Virus record (IMG/VR): IMGVR_UViG_3300009509_000001
Location: 64,001 to 128,000 of that record
From: a virus
Reading direction: 5' to 3' (one strand)
DNA length: 64,000 bases
Below the pieces are notes generated by a model that searched no databases, was not told the origin of the DNA, and worked only from the letters and a program-made list of their open reading frames with translations. A program made the position numbers and the translations under genes. This document shows positions 35,892 to 44,679 of this stretch, piece after piece (the first letter of the stretch is position 1; each line of letters starts with the position of its first letter).

Positions 35892-37868
35892 CTATTTAGG
35901 TGTCATGGCGTTCATCTCGTCGTACCAGCTCTGGTTGGAAGCCGCCTGTCGGGCCTTCTCGGCCTGGTTGCGCAGCCTTGCGGCCCGCACGATCTCCTGG
36001 ATGCGTTCACCGAGGCTGGTGTCGGCACTCATGCTCTCGGCCCACTTGTTGCCGGCGGTCAGCTCGCCAAGCGTGTTGACGCTCTCGACGCCGCCGCGGA
36101 GTACGTTGCCGAACACCGGCACGCCCTCGCTGAAGTTTCGAACGAACCCGGTCGCACCGCCCCTCTTGCTGGTCTGCCGAAGGATGTCGCCGATCTCCGA
36201 CGGTTTGAGGGCCTCGGCCTCGAGCTTCGCACGGGCCATAAGGTCCTTGTACTCGGCATACACAGCGTCTCGTTCGTACCCGCTCATTTCATCAAAGTTC
36301 TTGCCTTCCGCGCCCACCATGCGCTTGGCGTGATGGGTGAGCAGATGGTGCGCCCTCCCGACGTCGCGCTTGGACTTCAGGGCTGCCACCGCCTTGTAGA
36401 AATCGTTCAGCTGCACCCGCTGCTCGAGCGGGCTTCCCTTGGTCGCCAGCGCATGGCCATAGGACAGTCCGATGCGCGCCGGGTTGTAGACCTGCATGGT
36501 CGTGCCAAGCGTGCCGAGTCCCATGACCTTCAATGCGTCGTTGCGCTTCTGGTTCCACTCGTCGTCCGTCATCTCGCCGGCCTGGTACTTCTTGAAATCG
36601 TCTTCCAGCATCGCTGCGGCTTCGGGTATGGCCTCCGCCATCTGCCGGGCGTTCTGCAGCTCGACCGGCGCCTTCTGCTCCAGATTGGATACGGCGGCAT
36701 TGAGCATCTTGTCGCCCTGACGGCCACGGTCGCCCTGCGTGACAAGGTTGGCAAAGTCCTCGAGCTCGATGGTCTTCTCGCCGGTCTTGGGATCGGTGGC
36801 CAGCATCTGGTAGGATTCCACGATGTTGTCGGCGATCTCAATGGGTATAAGGAGCTTGCCGGCCAGTTTCTCGGCACCGGGGCGCATCGCCGTGGGGCCG
36901 AAGCGTGCGGCCAGGTTGACGGGCAGCCCCAGCTGTCCGGCGATGATACCGGCCCGGTTCTCGGGATCGCTGGTCATCTGCGACCATAGATTGCTGACCT
37001 TCTCCACCGGCCCGCCGGCGCTTCCGCTTATGGGAATGCCCTCGGGAGTCGTCGTATAGGTTCCGTAGTCCTTCCAGCCGTGAGTGCCTTCCTTGCCCTC
37101 GACGATGTCGGCCATGGCATTGGTGATCCGGTTCGGGTGCATCGGGCTTATCTCGCCACTGCCGACCATACTGAAAATGGATCGCTCCGCCCGCTGGATG
37201 TCCTGGGGCGTCGGGATCTTGCCGGTCTTGTACTTGTGGACCACGGCGTAGTCGGTGAGCAGCTGGCGGCGCAGTTCGGGCGGCAGGCTGACGGTGGCAC
37301 CGCTGCCGACCGTGCCCTTGGCTTCGTAGGGCGCCACCTTCATGATGTCGCGCAAGGCCCCGCTCACTTCCTGAACGTCCTCGGGCTTCATCGTTTCGAA
37401 CTTGAGGTTCTCGTAGAGCGGCGCGTCCTCCTGCTGGAGCTGCTTGACGTCGGCCTGGTACTGGGCCTCGTCCTGCTTCTGAATGATGTCGCCCCGCTTG
37501 ACCCGCCGCTGCGGCTTGCCGGTACGGGGATCGATCGGAGTCGGCGGGGCCGCAACCTGTGGCTGCTGTGGCGTCGGCGGCTGTCCTGGCGTCGGCGGCG
37601 GCTGCGGCGTCGGCGGCGGTTTCGGGGAAGCCGCGCTTGTCGGCGGCTGTTTGCCGAAGCCCTGGCTCAGCGTGTTCTTGAACCGGTCGACCATCTTCGG
37701 GTCGTCCCATGCCTGGTAGCCCAGACCGGCTGCGGCGCCGAGCAGTGTGCCAGCACCGCTTACGCGGCCACGCAACGCCCATTCACCGAGGGTACCGGCT
37801 CCTGCGCCGATGCCGCCGGCGATCAACGCCTTTACCAGGTCGTCGCCTTTAAGTCGTGGTTTCGCCAA
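35892..37868 (-). CDS. Large putative virion/ejection protein
   Basis: TTG start after GGGAGG RBS; N-terminal Gly zipper, Pro-rich linker, helical body. Confidence 0.75.
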   Translation of the reverse strand: MAKPRLKGDDLVKALIAGGIGAGAGTLGEWALRGRVSGAGTLLGAAAGLGYQAWDDPKMVDRFKNTLSQGFGKQPPTSAASPKPPPTPQPPPTPGQPPTPQQPQVAAPPTPIDPRTGKPQRRVKRGDIIQKQDEAQYQADVKQLQQEDAPLYENLKFETMKPEDVQEVSGALRDIMKVAPYEAKGTVGSGATVSLPPELRRQLLTDYAVVHKYKTGKIPTPQDIQRAERSIFSMVGSGEISPMHPNRITNAMADIVEGKEGTHGWKDYGTYTTTPEGIPISGSAGGPVEKVSNLWSQMTSDPENRAGIIAGQLGLPVNLAARFGPTAMRPGAEKLAGKLLIPIEIADNIVESYQMLATDPKTGEKTIELEDFANLVTQGDRGRQGDKMLNAAVSNLEQKAPVELQNARQMAEAIPEAAAMLEDDFKKYQAGEMTDDEWNQKRNDALKVMGLGTLGTTMQVYNPARIGLSYGHALATKGSPLEQRVQLNDFYKAVAALKSKRDVGRAHHLLTHHAKRMVGAEGKNFDEMSGYERDAVYAEYKDLMARAKLEAEALKPSEIGDILRQTSKRGGATGFVRNFSEGVPVFGNVLRGGVESVNTLGELTAGNKWAESMSADTSLGERIQEIVRAARLRNQAEKARQAASNQSWYDEMNAMTPK

Positions 37869-38898
37869 CTGTTCCTCCCTTGCCGATGTTCCATTCACGG
37901 CCGTAGGTGCTGCCGAGGCCCGCACCGGCCAATGCACCGCCGCCACCGCCGAGCAGTATGCCCAGCATGTAATCGGCCGCATCGGGGTTGGTTTTCATAA
38001 GTTTGGTGATGAGCATGCCCAAGCCGGCTCCGAGGGGTACGCCGGCCGCAGCGCCGACAAGGCCCTTGCTGCCGCGGTCAACCTTCTCGTTCAAAGCCTT
38101 CAGATGTTCGCCGACTTCGCCAACGCTCTTCTTGGTGGAACCCAGGTCCTCGCGGATCTGCTGGGTGCCTTCCTGGATGTCGCCCTTGACCCACGCCTCC
38201 TTGCGCATCATCTCGATCGTGTGGTCGATCAGCTCGAACATATTTCCAGGAACTCCTGGATTTGCGGTCTTCTCGATGCTGGCGTTCGGGGTCTTGCCAC
38301 GCTTGGCGAACGGCGTGGTGCCGACGCCCTGGTCGGCGTCCATGACCTGGAAGCTGTGGGGGTTCGATCCCTCGGTCTTCGAGTTACGGATCTTCTCGGC
38401 GAGCTGGCCGCGTGCATGCTTGCGGCAGGCGGCGGCCTTGATGACCCCGGCGACCTTGTGCATGACCCGCTGCTTGACGCCGGGCTCGTACTCGGCGTTC
38501 TTGATCAGATGCTCGGCGAGTAAACCGGTGCCGGCGGTCTTCTTCAGACTCGGGTACTTGGCGTGGACCTTGGCCCGGACCTGTGCCTTCTCTTCGTCGG
38601 TGCCGTGCATGCCCACCAGGCGAAGGGCGGAGCGTGCATGCTCGATGTCGTGTATCGGGTAGTTGCCGCTCTTCTTCTTTTCCTTGGCGTTCTCAGCCTT
38701 TCCGGGGATGGCGAAATTCTTCGTGGCGATGTGGCTGCGCTGCTTGGCCTTGAGGGTCGCTGACTTCTTGTGGCCCTTCTTCTTCTGCTTGTTGGCGGTG
38801 GCGTAGAAGATCTGTTCGCCCTTCTTGTCGCCGTACTGCTTCTTCATCTGGGCCATGACCTCTTCGCCCTTGCCGTCGTAGTATTTGGATAGTGGCAT
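37849..38898 (-). CDS. Putative virion protein with small basic domains and C-terminal Gly zipper
   Basis: MKKQYGDKKGEQIFYA, YPIHDIEHARSAL, LKKTAG, IEKTAN. Confidence 0.8.
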   Translation of the reverse strand: MPLSKYYDGKGEEVMAQMKKQYGDKKGEQIFYATANKQKKKGHKKSATLKAKQRSHIATKNFAIPGKAENAKEKKKSGNYPIHDIEHARSALRLVGMHGTDEEKAQVRAKVHAKYPSLKKTAGTGLLAEHLIKNAEYEPGVKQRVMHKVAGVIKAAACRKHARGQLAEKIRNSKTEGSNPHSFQVMDADQGVGTTPFAKRGKTPNASIEKTANPGVPGNMFELIDHTIEMMRKEAWVKGDIQEGTQQIREDLGSTKKSVGEVGEHLKALNEKVDRGSKGLVGAAAGVPLGAGLGMLITKLMKTNPDAADYMLGILLGGGGGALAGAGLGSTYGREWNIGKGGTVGETTT

Positions 38899-38909
38899 GT
38901 GTGCCCTCC

Positions 38910-39233
38910 TTAACGGGGTATGCGCCGTTGCACCAGCTCCTGCCGGGGCTTGAAGTCACGGTCCACGTAACCGCCCCGATTGTAGCTGGCTTTGCTGACG
39001 TTCATCGGCTGCTTGCTGGCCACGTTGGCTGGGTCGATCGGTGCACCCTTGATCTCGCGGCTTCCGGTCGGGCTCTGGCCACGCTTCATCCGTGCCAGGT
39101 TCTGTTGACGGAGCTTCTCGGCTGCCGCCTTCTTCGCTTGGGCCGCCCGCTGCATCTCCATCATCTGTTGCCGGGCGGCGGCGTTGCGATCGAAAGCCGT
39201 CTTGCGGATCAACGCGTCTTTGAGATGTCCCAT
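38910..39233 (-). CDS. Small basic putative virion protein (KTA leader)
   Basis: MGHLKDALIRKTAF; AGGAGG RBS. Confidence 0.8.
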   Translation of the reverse strand: MGHLKDALIRKTAFDRNAAARQQMMEMQRAAQAKKAAAEKLRQQNLARMKRGQSPTGSREIKGAPIDPANVASKQPMNVSKASYNRGGYVDRDFKPRQELVQRRIPR

Positions 39234-39242
39234 GGTCGCCTC

Positions 39243-40517
39243 CTACTTCTTAGTGGCGTCGTACTTGTGCTGGGCCACGATGGCCTTGCGGGCACCAGGG
39301 CTCACGCGGCCTTTGAAGTTGACGTTCGGGTACTTCTTCTTGGCGGCCTTCAGGCCCATGTTCTCGGCCTTGGTCTCAGCCTGCTCGACCTTCAGGTTCT
39401 TGCGGCCGGCCGCGGCGTCCGTCTGTTCACCGACGGCGACTGCGGCCTGCTTCGTGAGCAGGGCTGCCACCAGGTCGTTGACGACTTCATGCTTGACGCT
39501 TGCGGCCTTGCTGAGGTCTGCCCGCTCGTTGGCACGGGGCCTGGCCGGCGGGAACGTGCTCGGTGTCAATGACGGGGCGCCCAGTCCCGGCTTGGGCGGA
39601 TACTTCTTGCGGATCATCTCGTAAATCTTGCGCTTTTTGCTCTCCGGGCTTTCCTGCACGGCGCTTGGCTGAGTGGCGCCCGGCATTCCCAGCGGGGCGA
39701 TGGGCTTGGGCATCGTCTGTACGCCGGCGGCGACTCCGCCTGCGTTGCCGCCCTGCCGCACGGATTCTAAAATGCCTTTGCCGATTCTGCTGAGATTTCC
39801 GGATCTGGCAGTTTTACGGATAAGTGCTTCAGTTAACAGTCCCATTGGTGTGTCTCCTTGTTGTTCTGCGGTCTTCGGCAGCTGGCGGCCTTCGCTCATC
39901 TGCTGTGCAAGTATCTTCCAGTCTTCGGGCGTCATGGTTTCGCGCCGTGCCATCCAGCGGCCGAGGGCGCTGCCCATACCGGTACCGAGTGCGGCACCGC
40001 CCAGTCCACCGGCCACTCCGCCGATTGCGGCGGCGGTACCCTTGGCGTCGTCACTGGCCTTGTTGAACAGGGCGAGCATGATCGCCGCACCCATGCCGGC
40101 GCCGGTGGCTCCGCCGACCAGACCGCCGCTTGCGCCGCCCAGTCCCTGGAGTGCAGCGGACTCGAGCCGGCTGCTGCCACGGGCGGGTCGGGCCAAACCA
40201 TGAGCGGCACCACCCACGAACGGGATGGTCTGGATCAAATCTGTCTTGTCGTCGAAGGCGGCGGCTTTCATGATCACCGGGCCACCCTTCTCGTTGGCGG
40301 CGTCAAGCGCTGCCTGAGCCTGGGACTTCAGCTTCTCGGCCTCAAGTTCCTTGGAATGCGTGTCGACGTACCACTGGGCAGTGCGCCGCACATGCTCCGG
40401 CGTATTCGGATCGTCGAGTACGGCCTGGGCCTTTTCGATCTCGGCGGCCTTGTCGACCTTGAACATATCCATGAGTCCGGCAGTCTTGCGGACGAGGGCA
40501 TTTGCGAGTAGCGGCAT
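39243..40517 (-). CDS. Putative virion protein; in-frame tandem of two KTA-leader units (second ATG at 39845)
   Basis: MPLLANALVRKTAG and internal AAGGAG-RBS MGLLTEALIRKTAR. Confidence 0.75.
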   Translation of the reverse strand: MPLLANALVRKTAGLMDMFKVDKAAEIEKAQAVLDDPNTPEHVRRTAQWYVDTHSKELEAEKLKSQAQAALDAANEKGGPVIMKAAAFDDKTDLIQTIPFVGGAAHGLARPARGSSRLESAALQGLGGASGGLVGGATGAGMGAAIMLALFNKASDDAKGTAAAIGGVAGGLGGAALGTGMGSALGRWMARRETMTPEDWKILAQQMSEGRQLPKTAEQQGDTPMGLLTEALIRKTARSGNLSRIGKGILESVRQGGNAGGVAAGVQTMPKPIAPLGMPGATQPSAVQESPESKKRKIYEMIRKKYPPKPGLGAPSLTPSTFPPARPRANERADLSKAASVKHEVVNDLVAALLTKQAAVAVGEQTDAAAGRKNLKVEQAETKAENMGLKAAKKKYPNVNFKGRVSPGARKAIVAQHKYDATKK

Positions 40518-40740
40518 ATCTGGATCTCCTGTATGATTCGGTGTTAGTCGCTTCCTGTTAATATACTCCACCGGTTTCGCGCACGCAAGCAACGACCCCG
40601 GTCTGCGGATGGCACGGCACACGCCTCGTCGGGCAGGCCCCCTTACGGGGCCTCGATGGTTTGCATGCGCTTACACGTTGTCCGTGTGCAATCCGTTGCC
40701 CCGGAGGGGCACCTGTTCGTTCCGGAAAATGTCCTGGATT

Positions 40741-43566
40741 TCATTTGCCGACCGCCCGCTTCACCATGGTCTTGATCTTGCCGGTGTTTTTCGTGACGCC
40801 CTTGGCCTTGTCGTCGTATATGGCGGTGCAATACATGTCCTTGACGCAGGTGATGGGCAGTACCTGGCCAATGTGGGCCATGCACCACTTGTCGATGTGG
40901 TAGCGGGCCTTCCCGTCGTCGCCGCTTGCCCGGGCAGTCAGGATCTTTACCTTCTTGCCGTCGGCGAGCCATGCCTTTACCCGGTCGACCATGGGCTTGA
41001 TCGGTGCGCCGATGTGGCCACGGCCCTTCCATTCGGTATATCGGGCCAGCGTGCCGTCAAGGTCCACGCCGATCCATTCCTTTGCCGGGTCGTATTTGAG
41101 GGCTTTCTTGTGCAGGTCGTATCGTTGTGCGGCCGCCCGCAGCTCTTCCTGCGGTATGCCGACGTTGTGTTCATTGAGCTTGGGCCGTACGGCGTCGGCC
41201 GGTACCCGGAACATACCGCACAGCTCGCGCAGCTTGGCCTCCAGCTGGTCGGCGTCCATCGCCGCGGTCTTCCGCAGCCGTCGACTCAATGCCAGTAAAG
41301 CGGGTGCCGCCAGTGCACCGGTCGCTCCGCCGGCCAAGGCGCCGATAAGCTTGTCGTCGGCGAGCCATGCGCCGGCCGCTCCGCCCAGGCCCAGCCCGGC
41401 CAATGCCGCAGTGCCGTAGCCGCCCGGTGCCTTGGCCTTCGGCTGTTGCGGCTGCGGTTGTGGCCGTGGCGTCTGTGTGACCTGCGGTTCGACGCCTGTT
41501 TCGGGTTCGCCGTTATCGCGCATGAGCAATGCCGTGCCGCCGGCGGTGGCCGCAGTCGCCGCAGTGGCGATCGCCGCCTTCTTGCCGGTCGACATCTTGC
41601 CGGTCGCCGGCGGGTCGGTGATTCTTGCCGTGGGCTTGGCCGGCGGTGGATCGGTGATGCGTGCCGTGGACTTGGCGAAAGGCTCCGGTGCCGGCAGGGG
41701 CTCGAACCACGACCTGTTGTGCGTCGGGTCCGCGTTCCAGTCGTCGCCGTAGCCCATGACCGTTCTTGAATTTACGTTGCGCCCCTTTCCGGTCGCTTCC
41801 TGAAACTTCAGCGCCGTATCCATGTATTCGCCGGCGGCCCGCGAAAGCTTGTCGGAGTCTACGTTGCCCCTGAGCGACGGGTCTTTGCGCAGGCGATCCT
41901 TTATCGCCATGCTGACGTCGTACGGCCCGCGGCCGGACGTGTACGTGTGTCCCGGGTGGACGCGATCGATCAGCTTTTGATGGAGCCGCTGGGCGCGCGG
42001 ACCCTCCAAGTACCGCATCGCGTCCATGTACGGCATTTCGCCGGCCTTCTCGTACATGCGCTTCAGCACGCCGAAAGCGCGGGTCGCGTCCGACTCGAAC
42101 TTGAACGCCGGCGTCTTGGCCGCAGCGGTCTTCGGCAGCAGGTTGCCGACCACCACGAGCCGGTCGCGAAGGCTCGGATTCGCCATGAGCCTGAAATGGG
42201 CGTCCGCCTGCTTCTTCAGCTGCTTGGCCTTGGCGCTGGTGGTCGCCGCCACCGGACCGCCGGCCGGCAACAGCTTCTTGATGCGCAGCGCCAGGAGCTT
42301 GCGGCCGTTGATGGTGGGCTGGCCGTTCTCGTCGGTTCCTATACTTTCAACCTTCACAGGCTTGTTCTTGAATCTGCCTACGAGAACGGTGTCGCCCATC
42401 TCTATGTCGAGCACGATCTTCGCGATCTTGCGCAGCCGCGGGTCGGCCAACCGCTGCTTCAGCCGGATCTCCCGGTCGATCGCCCTGATGTCCATGTGGT
42501 AAGTTTTTATCTCAGCCTGCTTCGCCAGGGGCTTGAGCTCTCCCTTGGTCGGGCCGTCGCTCATGGCCCATTCCTTGAATTCGGCCCACGGCAGTTCGAC
42601 CACGGCGCCGTCGCGGTCCCAGCCGTCCTCGTAGTTCTGCCGGTAGGCTTGCACCGCCTGCTGCTTCGTGACGTAGCCGATCATGCACTTGTGCTCGTCG
42701 AACTTGCCGTCGGCGTCCAGCTGGTTGATCACGTACACGCTCTCGGCGTCCCATATGGTCTCGTCGTGGGGTATGCCCGGATTGATGAAGACGTCGAGAT
42801 GATCCTTGTCGTAGCCCCTGCTGCCGCGGATGTAGCCGTAGTCGTCCCACATGGTCTGGCTCCATTCGTTACCGTCGTCGTCCACTCCGCTCCTGACGGA
42901 CTTGAACGGGTTCTCGATGCTGATGTCCAGGCCGTCGATGGTTACGTGCGCCTTCTTGTAGTTCTCGGCCTTGATCTGGGCCTCGGTCGGCTGTAGCTCC
43001 ATGTCCTGGCCCTTGGCCACCCCATGCTCGACCTCCGCGGCGGTCTTGGCCAGGCGCGGTATGAGCAGCGTACTGTAGCGGTCGGCCGGGTTGCTCCACC
43101 GGATGGCGCTGATCGGAAACTTCTGGCCGCTCACGAAATTGGCGAGCCGTGCGTACTTGGCGGGGTCCACGTCCTTCTTCAGGTAGGCGACGGTGACGTG
43201 CGGCCGGTAGGTCTTGTGCGTTTCGCCCGGCATCCTGACGCCGGCGCGCACCGCCTTGTTCAATGCATGCAGGTCCGGACTGTCGACGTCGAACTTCAGC
43301 ACCTTGTAGTCGCCCTGGTCGAAGTGACTGAGCCCGCCGACGGTACCCTGCCCCTGCAGGATTTCCTTGATCGCCTCCTTCGTGGAGCGCGGGTCGTCTT
43401 CTTCATGCCCGTAGGCAAGCGTGACGTGTGGATGCTTCTCGAGGCCGAACCCGTCCTCGTCGTACAAATCCTCCTTGGCGATGGCGCGCTGGATCATAGC
43501 GATCCGAAGCGCCACGCTCCTGGGCATGTCGATGCCCATCCAACCGTATGATTTTTCTTTAGCCAT
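40741..43566 (-). CDS. Polyvalent protein: 2H phosphoesterase (Acb1-like), InPase-like domain, small beta domain, TM/Gly zipper, HAD phosphatase
   Basis: Two HxT motifs (PHVTL, PHVTV); PTEAQ..AENYKK..ISIENP...YGYI...D.DHLDVF...FDEHK; DLDGT...LTAR...IYDD. Confidence 0.85.
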   Translation of the reverse strand: MAKEKSYGWMGIDMPRSVALRIAMIQRAIAKEDLYDEDGFGLEKHPHVTLAYGHEEDDPRSTKEAIKEILQGQGTVGGLSHFDQGDYKVLKFDVDSPDLHALNKAVRAGVRMPGETHKTYRPHVTVAYLKKDVDPAKYARLANFVSGQKFPISAIRWSNPADRYSTLLIPRLAKTAAEVEHGVAKGQDMELQPTEAQIKAENYKKAHVTIDGLDISIENPFKSVRSGVDDDGNEWSQTMWDDYGYIRGSRGYDKDHLDVFINPGIPHDETIWDAESVYVINQLDADGKFDEHKCMIGYVTKQQAVQAYRQNYEDGWDRDGAVVELPWAEFKEWAMSDGPTKGELKPLAKQAEIKTYHMDIRAIDREIRLKQRLADPRLRKIAKIVLDIEMGDTVLVGRFKNKPVKVESIGTDENGQPTINGRKLLALRIKKLLPAGGPVAATTSAKAKQLKKQADAHFRLMANPSLRDRLVVVGNLLPKTAAAKTPAFKFESDATRAFGVLKRMYEKAGEMPYMDAMRYLEGPRAQRLHQKLIDRVHPGHTYTSGRGPYDVSMAIKDRLRKDPSLRGNVDSDKLSRAAGEYMDTALKFQEATGKGRNVNSRTVMGYGDDWNADPTHNRSWFEPLPAPEPFAKSTARITDPPPAKPTARITDPPATGKMSTGKKAAIATAATAATAGGTALLMRDNGEPETGVEPQVTQTPRPQPQPQQPKAKAPGGYGTAALAGLGLGGAAGAWLADDKLIGALAGGATGALAAPALLALSRRLRKTAAMDADQLEAKLRELCGMFRVPADAVRPKLNEHNVGIPQEELRAAAQRYDLHKKALKYDPAKEWIGVDLDGTLARYTEWKGRGHIGAPIKPMVDRVKAWLADGKKVKILTARASGDDGKARYHIDKWCMAHIGQVLPITCVKDMYCTAIYDDKAKGVTKNTGKIKTMVKRAVGK

Positions 43567-43592
43567 GGGTATAATATAGCCCGGTCATAGCT

Positions 43593-43629
43593 AAAAGAAA
43601 AGGCAGGGTCCTTAAAGGAACCTGCCTGG
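43593..43629 (-). terminator. Terminator separating early-type genes from the virion operon
   Basis: GGCAGG...CCTGCC stem followed by TTTTCTTTT. Confidence 0.75.
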
Positions 43630-43729
43630 ATAATCGGATGATGATGTTACCGGTAATATACACCGGCCATCATCACCCTGCAACCCACATCTTGTGGTTT
43701 GCGTGCGTTTTTTCTCAATATCTTGTGGT

Positions 43730-44113
43730 TTATCCGGCGAACAGATGCCGCAGACGGCTCACGAGGCCCGTGAAGTCGAAGTGCGGCCAGTTCTGATGGT
43801 TGACGATCCGCTGCATGAATTCGCCGCGCTGCTCGTCCATGAGCCTGCAGGCGATCTCGTACTTCTTGCGGCGCAATACGAACGTGCATCCGTAGATGTC
43901 CGAGTCGAAATGCTCCTCGTCGGTCTCCTCGCACAGGGCCACGCGGACCCGGTAGTGGCAGTTGACGATGTCGGTGCTCAGCCGCAGGGTGGCGACGAGT
44001 TCGCAGAACTGGTAGTCCTCGTCCTCTTCGTCCCGTTCGCACGGCGGGTTGAACTCGATGACTCCGAGCGCTCCGAACATCTGCGCCCTGGGCGCGTCGA
44101 TCAATACGTTCAT
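43730..44113 (-). CDS. Hypothetical protein
   Basis: 127-aa ORF with AAGGA RBS. Confidence 0.65.
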   Translation of the reverse strand: MNVLIDAPRAQMFGALGVIEFNPPCERDEEDEDYQFCELVATLRLSTDIVNCHYRVRVALCEETDEEHFDSDIYGCTFVLRRKKYEIACRLMDEQRGEFMQRIVNHQNWPHFDFTGLVSRLRHLFAG

Positions 44114-44679
44114 GATATTTCCTTGATTAGCTTTTCATACATCTTGACCACCGCCTTCGAGTGTTCGACGTTGGCCTTCCATTGGTCGCACAGGCGCTGC
44201 ATGCGTCGCCTGTGCAGGTCCAGTATCAGCTCGGGCACGAGGCTCGACACGTAAAGCGTCGGCTTCTCGACCATCCACTCGGGTGCCGGCTCGGTGAGCC
44301 AGTACTCCTGCAGGATGGGGCAGCGCCACGAACTGACGTTGCCCGCCTGCACGTAGCCCGGTTCCATGTCGATGAGCCGGTACTGGATGCGCACGCTTGG
44401 CCGGTCGTGCCGGTTGCTGTAGCCGCTGCAGAAGACCTTGACCGCCACGCCGAGCGCGCGGTCGGGCTTCTTCACATGCTCGAACATGCCGTGGTCGTCG
44501 GCCACCTGGTCGTCCAGGGACTCGACCTCGAGCGCACGGCACAGGAGCCTTGCGGTCTTGGCGCTCGGCTCCATGTGCCCGTTCTCGATGCGGCTGATGT
44601 GCTGGTACGACACGTCGGCACGCTTGGCCAGTGCGGCCTGGGTGAGGCCACGGGCCTTCCGCAGTTCGCGCAGGTTCAT
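44110..44679 (-). CDS. XRE-family HTH protein with C-terminal extension
   Basis: LRELRKARGLTQAALAKRADVSYQHISRIENG. Confidence 0.85.
   Translation of the reverse strand: MNLRELRKARGLTQAALAKRADVSYQHISRIENGHMEPSAKTARLLCRALEVESLDDQVADDHGMFEHVKKPDRALGVAVKVFCSGYSNRHDRPSVRIQYRLIDMEPGYVQAGNVSSWRCPILQEYWLTEPAPEWMVEKPTLYVSSLVPELILDLHRRRMQRLCDQWKANVEHSKAVVKMYEKLIKEIS

Noticed and set aside
37540-37640. Pro-rich repeats (PPTPQ/PPTPG) as a repeat element
   Set aside because: Ordinary low-complexity protein linker.
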